NCBI GenBank assembly: GCA_965202585.1
Contig: OZ241831.1
Coordinates: 4,836,001 to 4,900,000, forward strand
From: Thalia democratica
Taxonomy: Eukaryota
Direction of reading: 5' to 3'
DNA length: 64,000 nucleotides
Part shown: piece after piece, positions 11,388 to 25,355 of the stretch
Numbering within the stretch: the first letter of the stretch is position 1
Layout of the letters: the number at the start of each line of letters is the position of its first letter
Notes under the pieces: generated by a model
The model's input: the letters and a program-made list of their open reading frames with translations, nothing else
What the model was told of the DNA's origin: nothing
Database searches by the model: none
Position numbers and translations under genes: made by a program

Positions 11388-12331
11388 AATGTTATTTTTA
11401 CTTGAGATTCACTAAAACCAGGTTTTTAGTTATACAAACATACAATAACAATCTTGTAAATAATTGTTTTTTAATAATAATTAAAACCACTTTGTTTTAG
11501 TTTTTAAATAATTTAAATCTTGACATTGTTTTAATATAACCACATTTTATATTGACTGACACAACGGTTTTTGGTAACTTTGTCTGCCTGAGCCCTAATG
11601 CCTGAGCCCAGGTCACAGAGTGTCACGTGAAATGTTGTTGTAGTTTACTTTTAATTTTATCACTGAAGAAATAAGTCATACTATAATTTGAACAGTTAAT
11701 AATACATTTATAAACAGACGTAGTCGAATAAACGTACATAATAAAATATTTAAAAGATTATTATCATAATGTTCACAAGTTATAAATACAAATTAAGCAT
11801 AAGTTAACTTAAGAAAATATTTATTTAAAACAAGGTTATGGTTTCATTACAGTTATGCAATTAAAATTATGAGCTACAACGGTTTGAAACTTGCTTATTA
11901 CGTCTTAAATCTAAATACAACTTTTTAAAACCGTTTTAGTTTGCTGTCTTTACAAATACAATTTAGTTTAATGAAAGTGTACAAATGCTTTATGTGAAAC
12001 ATCAGTATTTAAAAAAGCTGAATAAACGATTTTAAATTTAGTTCATATAATAAGTTGCTTTTCAGCTCACAGTTATAAAAGTAAAAAAAAAATCAAAATC
12101 ATAAAAGTTGTTTTTTTTCTACCACAAAAAATAAAGTACTTTAAAAAAATATTAAATCAGATACTAAAAAGTTGAAGTCAGTCAGTTTAAAAATAACAAT
12201 AAAAGGAGCTTCAGCTTTCCTTTAAAATGTTTTGCTTTTCAATTTAAATCGTATCTTAAAAGCACTTTTCATAATTGCACAAAGCTATTGTTAAATGGAA
12301 GTGATTAGAAAGATGTTTCGAATATAAATTT

Positions 12332-15300
12332 TTAAGCGTCCAATTGTTTTTCAGATAAAATCATGCAAATGATGATGTATCCCTGATCCGTCCTGATGAA
12401 GAGCCTCCCGTCGTACTCCGAGAGACCCACTACGGGAGCGTAGACGTACATGGATGCTATTTCCTTTCCTTTAATAAAAATATCATTAAACTCTTTTGAG
12501 TTTTTTGTAACTCTTTTTTTACAGTATACAACATTTTTTCAATAACTTTTGTAGATGTTACTTTAAAGGTCCTAAGACATAAAGTGATTGCTTCTAATAT
12601 TAATATATCTAAGAGTTTTTAGTTTAAATACAAAAATTGATAAATGTTGAAAACAAGCCTGTTTCAGTTTCGTACACTTTAATGTTTCTTTCGTGAGATC
12701 CGATTATGACGTATTTGTTGTCTCTGCTAAACACGGCGCTGGACACTTTTGAGTTTAGCAAGGTGTTCGAAACTATTTCCTTGTAGAAAACACATTCATC
12801 TCCCTAAAGTAAAACTCATATTAATGTTTCAAAACATATTTTTCTTTTAAACTCATTTCGCAAAACTTGTTTTTTTGGTGAACAACATTTTACTTATTAC
12901 AACAGATCAAGTGTACATTGAAATGTTTAAGCATTAAAATCATTTTTTACCGTTAAACTTTTTAGCCAGAACCTTAAAACGTACGAACATTTAGAAAATA
13001 ACACAAAGTATAACACAAAGTATAGCAAACCTTGTACAATTAACTTATAAGGTTGAACAAAATACTGTAAGAACTTAAATTTATTTTTTAGATTATTTAT
13101 TTAGAATGAACATAGTTTGTATAATTAGTAAATTTTATTTGGTGAATAAAGCTTGTTTGAACATGAGAAAAAGCAGAAAGTGTTAAAAAATCTTTAAATA
13201 TTTTACCCTTAAAATTGAGTTTTTAAAACAACTTTGAATTATGGAAAAAAGGAATAAAAGCACAAGGTTCAGTTTTTGTTTCAGGTTATTTAAGTTTTAG
13301 CTATAAGACCTAATAGTTTTTATTTTTTAAGATTACGGTAGAACAAATAACTTTGCTAAAGGTTATAAAACAAAACAGCAAACAAAGTTTCAGTATATCT
13401 ATATAAAAATTCTTAGGTAAACTTATTCAAAGAGTATTAGTTGAAAATCTTTAATAAAACACCCCTGATTAATAAACTCAGTTAAGTTAGATTGTTGTAA
13501 ACTAAAAAAGTTAAGCTGATATTTAACTTTATAATACTTTTTATTTGAAAGTGTTTTAAGTTTTATCATTCAGAACAATCATCCAGATTTTCTTTATATT
13601 TTGAGATTAAAAAACATTTCAAAATTTTCAAGATTTTATTTTATATTTAATAACCCAAATTAAACATATTGAAAAAATAACAGCAAACCATTTCAATACA
13701 GTATGACTTGTTAGTTTGTTAGATATAAAACTTTGGAAACTTTGGAAAGAGCTAAAGTTTAACTTTATTTCAAAACAACAACTAAGTGGTAATTTTAGTT
13801 TCATACGTTACACCACATTATAATATTACACAAAGAAAAATGGGTATTAACTCTTGAACTTTTCTTGTTTCAAAATCATCCATACATTAACACGCAAACC
13901 ACACACAAACACGTCGACCCTGAAAAAGAATCAAACAAGTTCAAAAGATGAAAAACAAACTTCTCTCCTCCACAGTGTCCTCGAGTTCCCGGTCGACCCG
14001 GACAGCAGAAAGTTGCGGTCGAAGCTCAGAGCGAGGCGGGAGACCGAGCAGGAGCGGCCCTTCAGCTTGTCGTGCCGCGCGATCGAACACGCTTCCTTCC
14101 CGAACGCCAGCGAGAACAGGTGGACGTCGCCGTTGTCCGACCCCAGAAACACGTTCAGCGCGCCCCGGTCCGAAAACGCGCACGCCTCCGTCTGGCGCCC
14201 CTCGAACCCGAAACCCTCGAGGGCGGACAGGAACTCCACTTTGAACGTCCTCGCGTCGATGACGGTCAGCGAGTTTACGTCGCTCGCGTCTCTCAAGTTC
14301 ACCACCAGGTATTTTTCCTCGGCGTCCAAGCACGCGCTGTTCACGAACGTCGCGTCGTCCGCGATGAAGTTTGCGTCTTTTTTCTGCACCAAAAGCTTTT
14401 TGTCGCTCGTCAACGGCGTCATGGTGATGCGGCCGTTTCTGAACGCGCAGTAGACTTTCTCGCCGCGCTCGGAAAACCTGACCATGACCGGAACGTTGTC
14501 TTTCTTCTTTCGCTTGGCGTTCGATGTTTTGTCGAAGGGTATGGAGTGCAAAACTTCGAGATTAGGGTATTTTGAAACGTCGTAAACCGTCAAATTTACG
14601 GCTTGTTTGTTGAATATGGCAATTTTGCTGCCACATTTACTCATGTCGTGGTTTTCTCTGGTCAGCCTGAGGTTTTTTTTGCTCATCTGCGGCAAAAAGG
14701 CGTTTTGGTCGACAACTTGGTGTTCGTCTAGTTGCCACACTTTTAGGTAAAACACCTAAAGTAGAAAAAAAAATACGATAAATCAACAATACTACACATA
14801 AAGGCTACAAAAAAATTTTAAGTGATAAACACATATTAAGTTATTTTTAAATTTTCTGATAAACATTTCTTTTAAAATGGGGTCAAAACGTACTTTCTTT
14901 GACCCGGTGACAAAAGTCCTACCGTCCACGGGCACGATGAAGTCGACCGAGGCGCCCATGCCCGCTATGACGTCACAATCACCTTCCTGCGAGAAACGAC
15001 CTTCGCTCGATCGGAAGCTCACAACGGAAATTGTTTTGTCCTCACTGCCAACCACCAGCGTCACTTTGCTTTCATCTTGCTGCGGCAGCCACTTCAAGCA
15101 AGTGACGGCTTCTTCGTGCTGGTAGTGGCTTGAAATTTGCTGGAAATAAAAAGTTTTCTATACACAAACTTATTTTCTGATGAAGTTTTTAAATTGCTTG
15201 GTATAAAACAAAAAAAAATACAATGAACTCCAATGATTTGTACTCATTAATCTATTGTAATTAATCACCTGAATGCTCTATATTTAAAAAGACAAAAATA

Positions 15301-18300
15301 ATTTATTCCATGTTTTCTTAAATACTAAGTTCTGAAAACCTCTATGCTGATTTCTTGTTTATGCCACGCTGTAACTCTTTTATTTTTTGCAAAGGCAACT
15401 AAACTCTGTTGCTCAGCACAAATGTCAAAAAACGTTGAATCAGTCTTGCTCAAAAATCTGCCGTTTTCAAATTTCGCGCTTTTTCCGTTGCTGTACCGGC
15501 ACCTCAAAATGTTTCCGTCAACTTCCAGGTGTTTGACAGAGTTTATTTTGTTGTGTTTCACGTTTTCAACGTTTCTATACTCAACATTGAACTCCAGTTG
15601 ACCTTAAAATAAGTTGTAATACTGTCTTTAGTATATCGACCAACTATAACATTTTGAAAAAGGTCTATGCAGAAATTAAAAAAAAAACATCTAACAAGAT
15701 ATTGTCCCTTTACTAGTTAACTACCCAATTACTTTATCGCTCATTTTTTAGTTTTATCCCCTGAAACTCAAAATCCACCAAAGTGGGGGAAATCGCTTTT
15801 TTTGGGAAGACTTGGTTTAAATACTACTAACAAAAATACTAAAAAAAAAATAAAATACCGTCTGACAGTGTCCAGCAGCAAATTTGGCCGTTACTGAATC
15901 CAGCAAACACTTTTTCATCGCTTACCAACAAGGGGCAGGAAAGTTTCCCCTTTTTACCAACTTTCGCGCCACGGTCTAGCTCCTGCATTGTTTCCCCACT
16001 TCCAAAGTGCCACACGAAAATCTACGATTAAAAAATAATCAGGCGTGTTCGATTTATTAGTAAAATATTAGTTTAATTAAGTTGTCTTATTTTTTATGTA
16101 ATTTTAAACTATGGAAATTATAGTTATTCACTTTTGTTATTGTTCAGTTAATTCTTAAAACAAAATTTACTTTTTCACCGTTTCCTACGACCAGCTTGGA
16201 CGCGTCTTCGGCAAACCTAATGCTCGTGTGCTCGTCCTTCTTGAACGGGAACTCTTCTTCGAACCTCCAGCAAGTCCTCTTCATCAGCAGGCTCCCCGTT
16301 TCCAAGTTGAACACGTTCACACTCGAATCGCAGGACACCGATGCCAAGAGATCGCCTGGTTTCAGTAATGTTTAAGGTTTAATTATTTTTAGTATACTTG
16401 GAAGAAATTTATTAGATATATTTTTATTAAAAACAAAAATTAACAAAAAATTACAATTTAACTTAACATACAAACTTCATCTAGTACCTGAAGTGTCCAA
16501 ATCGACAATTTTGTCATTGTGGGCGTTCGGGATGGAGTGGACGATTTCGAAATCCGTCAGGTTCCATACAACAATGCCCCCACCGGTGGAGCCAGCAATC
16601 AGGTACTCACCATTCAGACTCCTGACCATGCAGGACACCGGAGTCTTCAAACCGATCAAAGTGGTTTTCAGCTCTTCACCTTTAAAAAAAATTAAATTGT
16701 AATGATTAAAAGCATATATATTTATAGTTATTATCATATAAGAAAAAATTATCTAGTTTTAACATCTTTTTGAGTGATTTTTTTAGTAGACCTCTCTACA
16801 TAGTTTTTTAAAATCCAATAGATATTTTTTTTGTCAAAATGTTTAACTTATAGTACTTTTATCGAATTGAAATGTTAAATACACTTTTGAACTTTAGCAA
16901 GTTGTAAAAGCAATAACAAAGTCGTGTAAAAATTAGTAAAAAGATATTAAATAAAGACCAGGAGGCTGAAAGCAAGCGGCCAGTGGAACTATCGAAGTGG
17001 AAGATTTATTTTTGCGGTTCTTTTTGTCGCACTGTTCCAGCAAGTAGTCAATTGTTTCTGGGTACTTTCCCTCAAAATACTTCAACCTTCCGTACATCTC
17101 AACACAAAATGGATTGCGTACTCCGCCTATTTAAAGTTGAAAATTTATATTGAAAGTATTCTTACTGTAAAAACTTTAAAACTTCCCAATATTTAGACTC
17201 AAAGTTCACGTTTATAGATATTTGAAACACGCGTTGGAACGCATCATTAAGAATTAAAAGTCAATATGAAATAGTGTAAAATAGCCTAATAAATAGCCTG
17301 AGTATTTATAGTTGATAGTTGGAATTGAATAAATCTAGTGTGTAAAAATTATATTCGAACTTAGAAACTTCGAAAATCATTGACAAACTGCAGTAACAAT
17401 TATTAAAAAGCACAGTTGAACATGAAGTATATTAGTTTATTTATTTGTCTAAGTTTTTTTTTTGTTTATATATGGTTGAAAGTTTCTGTAAACCAGAAGT
17501 AAAAAACATATTTTTATTCACACTTAAGTTTTTTTAATCCTTTTTACTTTTATCATTTAACACTTCTATACCTAAAAACTCAAGCGTAGGTTTAGCCAGT
17601 TCTATTGCCTCCGACAACAATTGTAGCGGTTCCATGTTTTTGAACTCCATAACCATTTTGAAATCGTTTAAAACATCTGAAAACATTCCAATAAATTTTA
17701 TGCCACTTGTTGATTCAAACACAATAAGCAACCTTTGATGGAGAAAGCCTTTATCTTGGTTTCAATCCACTTCACGTTGAAGAGGACTTGCTCGCACAAT
17801 ACTCTCCCCGCGAAGCTGTTAAGCAAGCATACGTCGGATCCACTGGCGTGAAGCAGATGATAAGGAAGCTCGTCTAGAAGGCGGTGGTTGTACACGCCTT
17901 TTGAGATCTTTAATGGCTGAAAGAGAATTTATCTATTAAGAAATTATCATATATAATACTAATTTATAACCTAAGCATTTATACTACGATATTTGGTTTA
18001 GCAGTTATAATTATTCTTTTAAAAAAGAAATAAATCTTATGTGCTTCGCTTTTAAGAAGTAGAAAAATATTAAGCCGAAAAGTATAAGTAGTACTAATTT
18101 GTAATTAAAACTATCTACGAGTACGTCTTAAAGACACAAACAGTTTTCAACTAGTCTTTTTTGTTTATTATAAATTTTAAACCTGTGAAGCAACTTTGCG
18201 GTCAACAGCAACAGATTCATTTCCCCAAATCTTCAAAGCCAGAGATTTCTTCTTACCTTCTGCGTAAGTTCCCAGAAAATATAAAGACAGCAAGCTGTGA

Positions 18301-21300
18301 ATGTTCTTCTTTTTACTTTCGTCCAAGTATCTTTTCCGAGCAACTTCGATAAACTGTCTGTAGTTTTATAAATGAAATAATAAACACTGGTTGTGACAAT
18401 TTGTCTTTAAGTTTGAACTTAAATAAATAAATGCTAATCGTAATTATTGCAAATTTTAATAACTTTTTTTTTTGTATTCTTCTTTTTATTTTCACTTTTA
18501 AATAAACTTTATATGATAATTTTTTATTCATGAAAAACATGTTTAGTTATTTTTGTGTTTAAAATAAATAGGGAACCTTAAAAATTTTAAACCAACAGAG
18601 GCTTTGCTATACTAAAAAAAAAACTACATGCTAACTAAGTTTTAGGTAACTTATAAGATCTGCTTACATTACTTATATTTTTTGTAAAACAGACTATAGC
18701 AATGTCGCATGCTTCACTGATTTCTAAATTATATATGAGAAGAGATTGCAAAAAAAGATTAATTTCTCAATGCTTAAATGTGATAACTTTCAATATACTT
18801 GACTTTTGGTAGAGTGGTGAGCCAAAGTCACCTCTTAACTCTTTTTTAAGCTGGTTATTGTTTAATGGACTATAATGTTTATGTATTCTTTATAGTGTGA
18901 ATTTACTTTGTATATATTGTATTGTGTAATAAATTGTAAAACCTTTTGAACAATACTTAGGTCAATATCACAAACAGATACTACTTAGAATGTATTAGCA
19001 AGATTAGCTTTTTTTAGTAATACTTAGTTTATATAAATAATGAGCCTTCAGGTCCTCTATCACTATAAAACAAACCAGCTAAAAAAACAGGAGAACAATT
19101 AGCAAATACCTAAAAAATAATTAGAATTTATTAAAACATTTGCTACCTGTGGTAAAACGCCAGGACGGTTTTGCCGTTCGACTGCCTTTCGACCAGGTTT
19201 TCCCCCAAATCGTGCCTCATTCTGGCCCACAAAAGACCGGGGACCCGCACCGTGGTGTTGTTCGGCGGGGGCCAGTACTGGTACGCGTTGTCAAGGACCT
19301 CGTCGTCAAGGGAGAGCAGATCGTCAAGCTCCGTTTCCATCAGTCCGTTTCTTAATAAAAAATTTATTAAATTTTTGATTTGTTTTTAATCAAAGTGTTG
19401 CAACTTAAGTCCCTTTTTATAAACAAATATTAAACTTAATAAATATTTGGTAAGTAAATCATAAAATATTATTGTAAATTAGTTAGGCATAAAGTTTAAA
19501 CTCCAATTACAGCGTAAAGCTTTTCAAATTATTACATACTAGAAAGTATTTTATAAAAGCATTTCTACTTGGTTAAGCCAGCTTTTTAGATTTGTAATTA
19601 CTACAAAAATTGCATTGGGCTATAAAGTTGAGCTTTTATAAATTTTCTTTAGTTTTTTACAACAAAATAATGATGTAAACTTACTTTGCAGCAACAATGT
19701 ATCCTATGGATTTGGAAACAAAGGTGAAGCTGTGCTTTTTTTCAAGCTTGTCGAAAAATATGTTTATCAGTTCGGTTGTGCTGAATGGCAAAACTGTGTC
19801 TTGTACATCCGAATAAGATCTCCATAGTTTAGCTTCATCAACTGCGAGCTATAAAAAAAAGAATTAATTTAACTCAATAGGTTTTTTTACTAAACTTTGA
19901 CGTTTAATAAAACTAAACAACTAGATTGTAGTCACTTAAGGATATTAAAACTTTGGACTTCTTTAAATTTTAGGAGTAGCGTGTACATACATTAATTGAA
20001 ATTCAAAAAGAATATAAAACCTTTTTAAAAATTATAGTCATCTTAACTGAACTTTACTATAAGCTCAGAAAATTCAGACTAAAAATCAATTTAGACATGT
20101 TTTTTATTAAAAGCTGCTATGAGATTTCTGAAGTATAGATAACTAAAACATTGTTATAACAGCCCCTCTCTTTAAGATTAAACTAATTCAACACACAACT
20201 GTTCAACCTTGAGAAACAGCGGTGTCGGGCATTCGCTGAAAGCCCTCAGTACCACGCCCTCCTGAAACTTTGTCAGACTTCTGCTGGTCTTCTCCAGCAA
20301 ACTGGTCAAAATTGTCCTGCCCGTGTCCAAGCTCATGGTGGGAACTTCCATGATGTTTTCGTTTTTGACGAAGCGGCGCAGTACTTGCAAGCAACCGAAA
20401 GTTTCGTCGGGTAATGTGGACACGACGATTCGAACTCGGTTGAAAGCTTTCTTCGGCAGCCAGTTTAACCTTAAAAGTTTTGAATAGAGATTTCAAATAT
20501 TTTTCACAACGATTTTTATATTGTTAAGCTAAAACAATCCATTTAATAGGTAATTTGTAGTATCGTGTAGCTTTTTACTTATTTAGTACATTTCTAATTA
20601 CAAACCAATTAAGTAGTTGGAAATTTTTACTGAATTTAACGATGTTTTATATAAAGTAGTTATGTGTAAAAGTTAACATAAAAAAACTAATGTGTAACAC
20701 ACTACGTGAGTAAGTTTTTACAATTTACTTAATAGGTAACTTATAGTGTGGTGAAAATTTTAAGTTGTTTGAAAAAAAATCTAAATGCAAGTCAAATTTA
20801 TATTTAAATGACTTTATATAATCGTTTTGTCATGTTATTTATAATACAATTAACATAATACTTTAGTGCATTGTTCATTGGCGAAAGTTGATCGAGCGAG
20901 TCGAGCAAGAGGTACAAACGTTCGTCATTCTTCTCCAAAACACCCGATGCCACGCCCAGCAGATGCCCGAAATGCTGCACAACTTCAACGTAATCCTCCA
21001 AAACGTGCGATGGGGGCATGTCCATTTTGAATATTTGCGAAATTTGAAATATCAGCGTCTGTAGTTTGTATCAATATTAGAAAATAGTTAAAAGCATAAC
21101 CGTTATCGAGTTTAGTATAAATAGTACTACTTTGAATTTTTTTGAATAAGCTATAAAATAGATGGGTTAAGGGTCGTTTGATTCACATTTAATATTTTGA
21201 AAAATAATTAAATTAGAGCTTTTTTGAAGCTTAACTCATTAAAATAACTATAAGAAGTCACTTTTAGTATTGAGTGTATAGTCGACGAATTAGGCGAAGT

Positions 21301-24300
21301 TCCGAAGAATCTTATTATGACGATCGCTTGTTTGTCCTTTACAAGTTCTTCTTTTATTTTCGCCATTATGGCTGTTTTACCGCTTCCAGATTTCCCATGT
21401 AAAACAAGTATTTTTTTCGTATCTTCCGATATTTTGGATAATATCCTACCTTTATACAAATATAAATATTAGCATATACCATACATTTTTTGACAATATG
21501 TACCATATAGCAATATAAATCTAATATAAACGACAAAAAACATAAATTATTTTCACCTTTCATACAAAAATGGTTTGAAAAAAAAATGTTTTGTAAAGTT
21601 TTGAAAACTTGAGCATAAGATGGTATAAGTTAAGTCAGTAACCTATTACTTCTTCTCTTCCGAAAAACGTAGAGCTTTTGTGTTCTGCGAACCTCAGATG
21701 GTGAAAAATTTCTTCATAGTTCGAACTCTTTTCACTATCAACACTACTTTTCTTTACCATGACGCTTGACAGCTTTTCCATAATCGCCGTTTTCGTGTCT
21801 TGAATGAACTCGTTACAGAAGTTTTCAAAATATTCTGTGTAGTTTTCCGTCGATATACCTGATTTGAAAAATTTTTATAAAGCAGTTAAGTATATTTCAT
21901 ATAATATATTAGTGTTAGTGTTTAACGATAATAATTGATATATAAATGTACATATTTTAGAACAATTGTTTTACTTATAACCTAATTTTCATAAAGTAAG
22001 TTTCGTAATTATGATATAGAATCTTATTTTTAATGTGTAAAAGTTTTCTTTTCGATAAAAACAAAGTAAGTTAGCGCTGTTAAAGCTTGTAAAAGTTCAA
22101 ACCTGATTCTTGAGAGTATGTGACGTCATAAGACTTGTTTCTCTTCACTTCTTCCAGGTCTCCTTTCAAGTTTTGCAGAGAGTTCTGATTATTGTTTAAA
22201 CTGTCTATACTTGTTTGTAATTTCTACTGAATGTTTATTTTTTGTTTACCTGAGCTTGAACGTCGACATGTCCCTGTTTTGTGTCGACGAAGTTCGAAAC
22301 ATTTTCAAAAGTTTGTAAATCGGCGCATATTTCGTCGATATTTTTAATATTTCGATGGTACAGAATAGACAAATCGGGTTTTTTCATGAACCCCTCTCTT
22401 ATTTCAAGCTCAGTGACTGTAAAGTTATTTAATTATTAAAAAATACTACAAAAGACCTGTAATGATTTTTTTTTTGTTCAAAATGTTTTAATTTAAAAGT
22501 TTACATAAGTATGTTTGTGCTTGAAAAATAACTTGAAAAAACATACTTATAGTTTTTTTTTTAACTTTAAATGCTTTACGTTTAAAATTAAACTTAAAAA
22601 AAATATATATAATTTAAATCAATTGTAGTATACTTACTTTATCACACATACTTAGAAACAGTAGTTATAAACCAAAATCAAAAATAAATCAATTAAATTT
22701 ATCTTATTTTAAATCTAACGAACAAAAACCTGATTTAAAAAAGTTTTCCGCTTTTTCCTCTGAGATGGAACCGTTACTTTGAGCGTGTTTTGCCGCTGAC
22801 CGGAGCGCATTTTCGAGAACTGCCGTGACCTCATTCCATTTTTCTCTGTCTTTCAACCGTGACGAATTGTTTTGAGGGTTTTTGTCGTCAAAATAAGTTA
22901 AAATTTTATCAATCGGTTGCAGCAGATACTTGTGTGGAAGTGAGTTTTCGTCAAGGATATACCTATTTACTTCAGTTATTAAATACTGCTGAAAATTATC
23001 AATTAAAATACACAGTTAATTATCTAAACATGCGTATTATCGTAAGCTGTTACAGTTAAAAGCATATACATTGGCTTATGATGTACTTAAAAGTTGAAAA
23101 AAAAGTTTCATCTTTTTTTTTTAAATACTTGATTTTAAGCTGGTATACTACGTGATTTTGTACGTAAATAAACTTTATATTTCTTTAATACTGGTAAAAA
23201 GTCCACTTGTTTACCTGAATATATCTTAGACACTTTGCTTTGGACTTTAAAACAAAATATAGAGACAGGTTTTGCGCGGTATTTTTTCTTAATGTAATAA
23301 ACAGTTAAAAAACCTTTATAATTTGGAAAGGCTCTTATTATAGTTATACTAATCTTAAACGTATTTAACGAAAAACTTTATTGTAGTTTATAAAGTTACA
23401 AATAACTTTAATCTAATTTTATTATCGTAAACAATATAAAATTTTTCTATAATTTGTTTCGTAAAGGTTTATTTTAACTATTACAAATAGCAAAAAAAAA
23501 GTGATACAAACCATGTATTTAAGATTTCTTCTGTCTTTTCATCAACTTTAAAGTTTTGAAAAAGTATGTTGAAGTCTTTGTACAAAATTTCTCTCGGCAA
23601 AGGCCTATATCCGTACTTGTTTCCAACCAATGCCTGAAAAATTAATATCAATTTACACCTGTAAAACAAAACAGAGCTACACTCAGTAAAATCTTTTGTG
23701 AAATAATTTGAAAATAGTATCAAAAATTTGTAATTTATTTAACAATTTCTAATAAAACTGTTTATAACCAAAGTACTCAAAAAAAAAACCGCATTAAATA
23801 GATAGCATTAAACGTAGGTCAGTTTTCTAATATGGTTTTTCATCAAAACTATCTAAAAACTAAAAAATCCTCACAACAAAGAAGAGTCCCATGGAGACTC
23901 TCTCGCAAGTCTTGATCTCGTTCAGACACAGCTCGCTAGTTGAATGATCCACGGACGCCGAATCTTGTATTCCCCATCTCATGTCTACTACCTGTGGTAA
24001 GAAAAAATATCAAAATTTTAAGTTTATTTTGATTTATTTCCCAAGTAGTTTGTTTACAAATTAGTTAATCTGTATTTTAATTAATTTTTCCGTGATACGC
24101 CAGCTTGAAGGTGGCAACCAAAGTTCTCAACTTAAATAAAAGGAGAACGGTCAATTAAAAATTATAAATTTTATTAAGCTGGCGTATATATATATATTTA
24201 TTTATTTATTTAATTATATAAAAACTATAATTCATACAGCTGTTTCACACATTGAAATGTAAAATTTCATGTGATCTTCAGTGAGTTGTAGTTTATTATA

Positions 24301-25355
24301 AACTTATATTAATAAACTACAACTCACTGAAGATCACATGAAATTTTACATTTCAATGTGTGAAACAGCTGTATGAATTATAGTTTTTATATAATTAAAT
24401 AAATAAATATTAAGCTCCAATTTGATTTGTCGAGCACTATCGATCAGAACTTTGTATAAAACCTTTAATATATATATATATATATACGCCAGCTTAACAT
24501 TTTATAGTACTTATAAAAAAACAACACATGTTTTTTCAGTAAAAATGCTTTACAATAAACTACTTATACAATTGAAATATTTAAACATATGATAATAAAA
24601 CAAGCATGTGTTTAAAACCAGAAAAAGAAATAAAAGTTTATGAAAATTTAGCAACTAAACATAAATGCAGTGAAGTATTAAGTAAAAAATAAACTTTTTT
24701 GTTTAAAAATTTTGAATAAGTATAGAAGTTAATTAAGAGTTTTAATTATTACTAAATATTTTACAAAAACAAAATTTTTACACTATCAAACAAATAAAAT
24801 ATTTTGTTTGATATAAATATCAACTAATTTAATTGTAACTAATAAGTTCAAACTTTTTAAAATTATTGTTTTAAACTTGTAAGATTTTAGTTAACTAGTA
24901 ATTTTTTAAGTTAGTTAAGAATATTATGTTACCTTAAAGTCAATTTCCCTCATTTGGCAGAATCTTCTTATTTCTGGGTAAGCTCTTTCCATTAGATAAT
25001 CTCTTTCTAGTTTCATGTCTAATAACGTTTAATTAGATAGAAATGTTTAAATCCAAAACTAACATAACTCTATTTATCTTGATGAAAGCAAACCTTTCTT
25101 AAAACACTGGCACATTTTTTATGATTACTATAAATTAAAAAAACTTAATAATATTTACACGAAAATTAATAGTTTTTATACTTTTAATAAGCAGTTTTTC
25201 AACTCAAATTACAACTTATGTTGAAAGTTTTGATTTCATCACTAAAAACTACCTGTAAAAGTCGAGCTAACAAACATTCGAATGACTTTCGACTTTTCAA
25301 CATTATCGTCAAATAAGCTTCTACCTTTCAGCCTGGCTAACAAATCTTCACTCAT
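12332..25355 (-). CDS. NWD1: NACHT domain- and WD repeat-containing protein (NWD1-like; DUF4062-like + NACHT + WD40), 25 exons, ~1632 aa
   Basis: Exons (minus strand): 25355-25253, 25018-24933, 23991-23875, 23633-23512, 22962-22730, 22416-22250, 22184-22103, 21858-21643, 21449-21262, 21058-20862, 20469-20208, 19848-19685, 19350-19147, 18357-18183, 17916-17733, 17676-17572, 17126-16959, 16679-16488, 16355-16171, 16021-15859, 15602-15340, 15139-14894, 14755-13961, 12803-12659, 12468-12332. All phases are compatible (4899 nt). Motifs: IRMFVSSTFTD, VVDMRWGI, Walker A GKSGSGKT, Walker B LLLDSLD, LLSLDDEVL...LLWARMRHDL, and multiple WD40 repeats. Confidence 0.92.
24174..24497. repeat. Foldback element with a perfect 99-bp inverted repeat in NWD1 intron 2
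   Basis: Arms 24200-24298 and 24310-24408 are exact reverse complements with an 11-nt spacer. Outer TTAAGCTGGCG(TA)n ... (TA)nCGCCAGCTTAA forms a second inverted pair. Confidence 0.9.

Noticed and set aside
6348-14575. Antisense or alternate-frame ORFs overlapping GC-rich exons (for example 6669-7187, 10284-10757, 13854-14453, 14072-14575)
   Set aside because: They are shadows of GC3-rich coding exons, which lack stops in other frames. They have no motifs or splice context of their own.
23215-23290. Possible extra NWD1 exon ending TCAG|GTAAAC
   Set aside because: Exon 4 joins directly to 22962 to give the conserved W-YILDENS. This segment has no phase-compatible acceptor.
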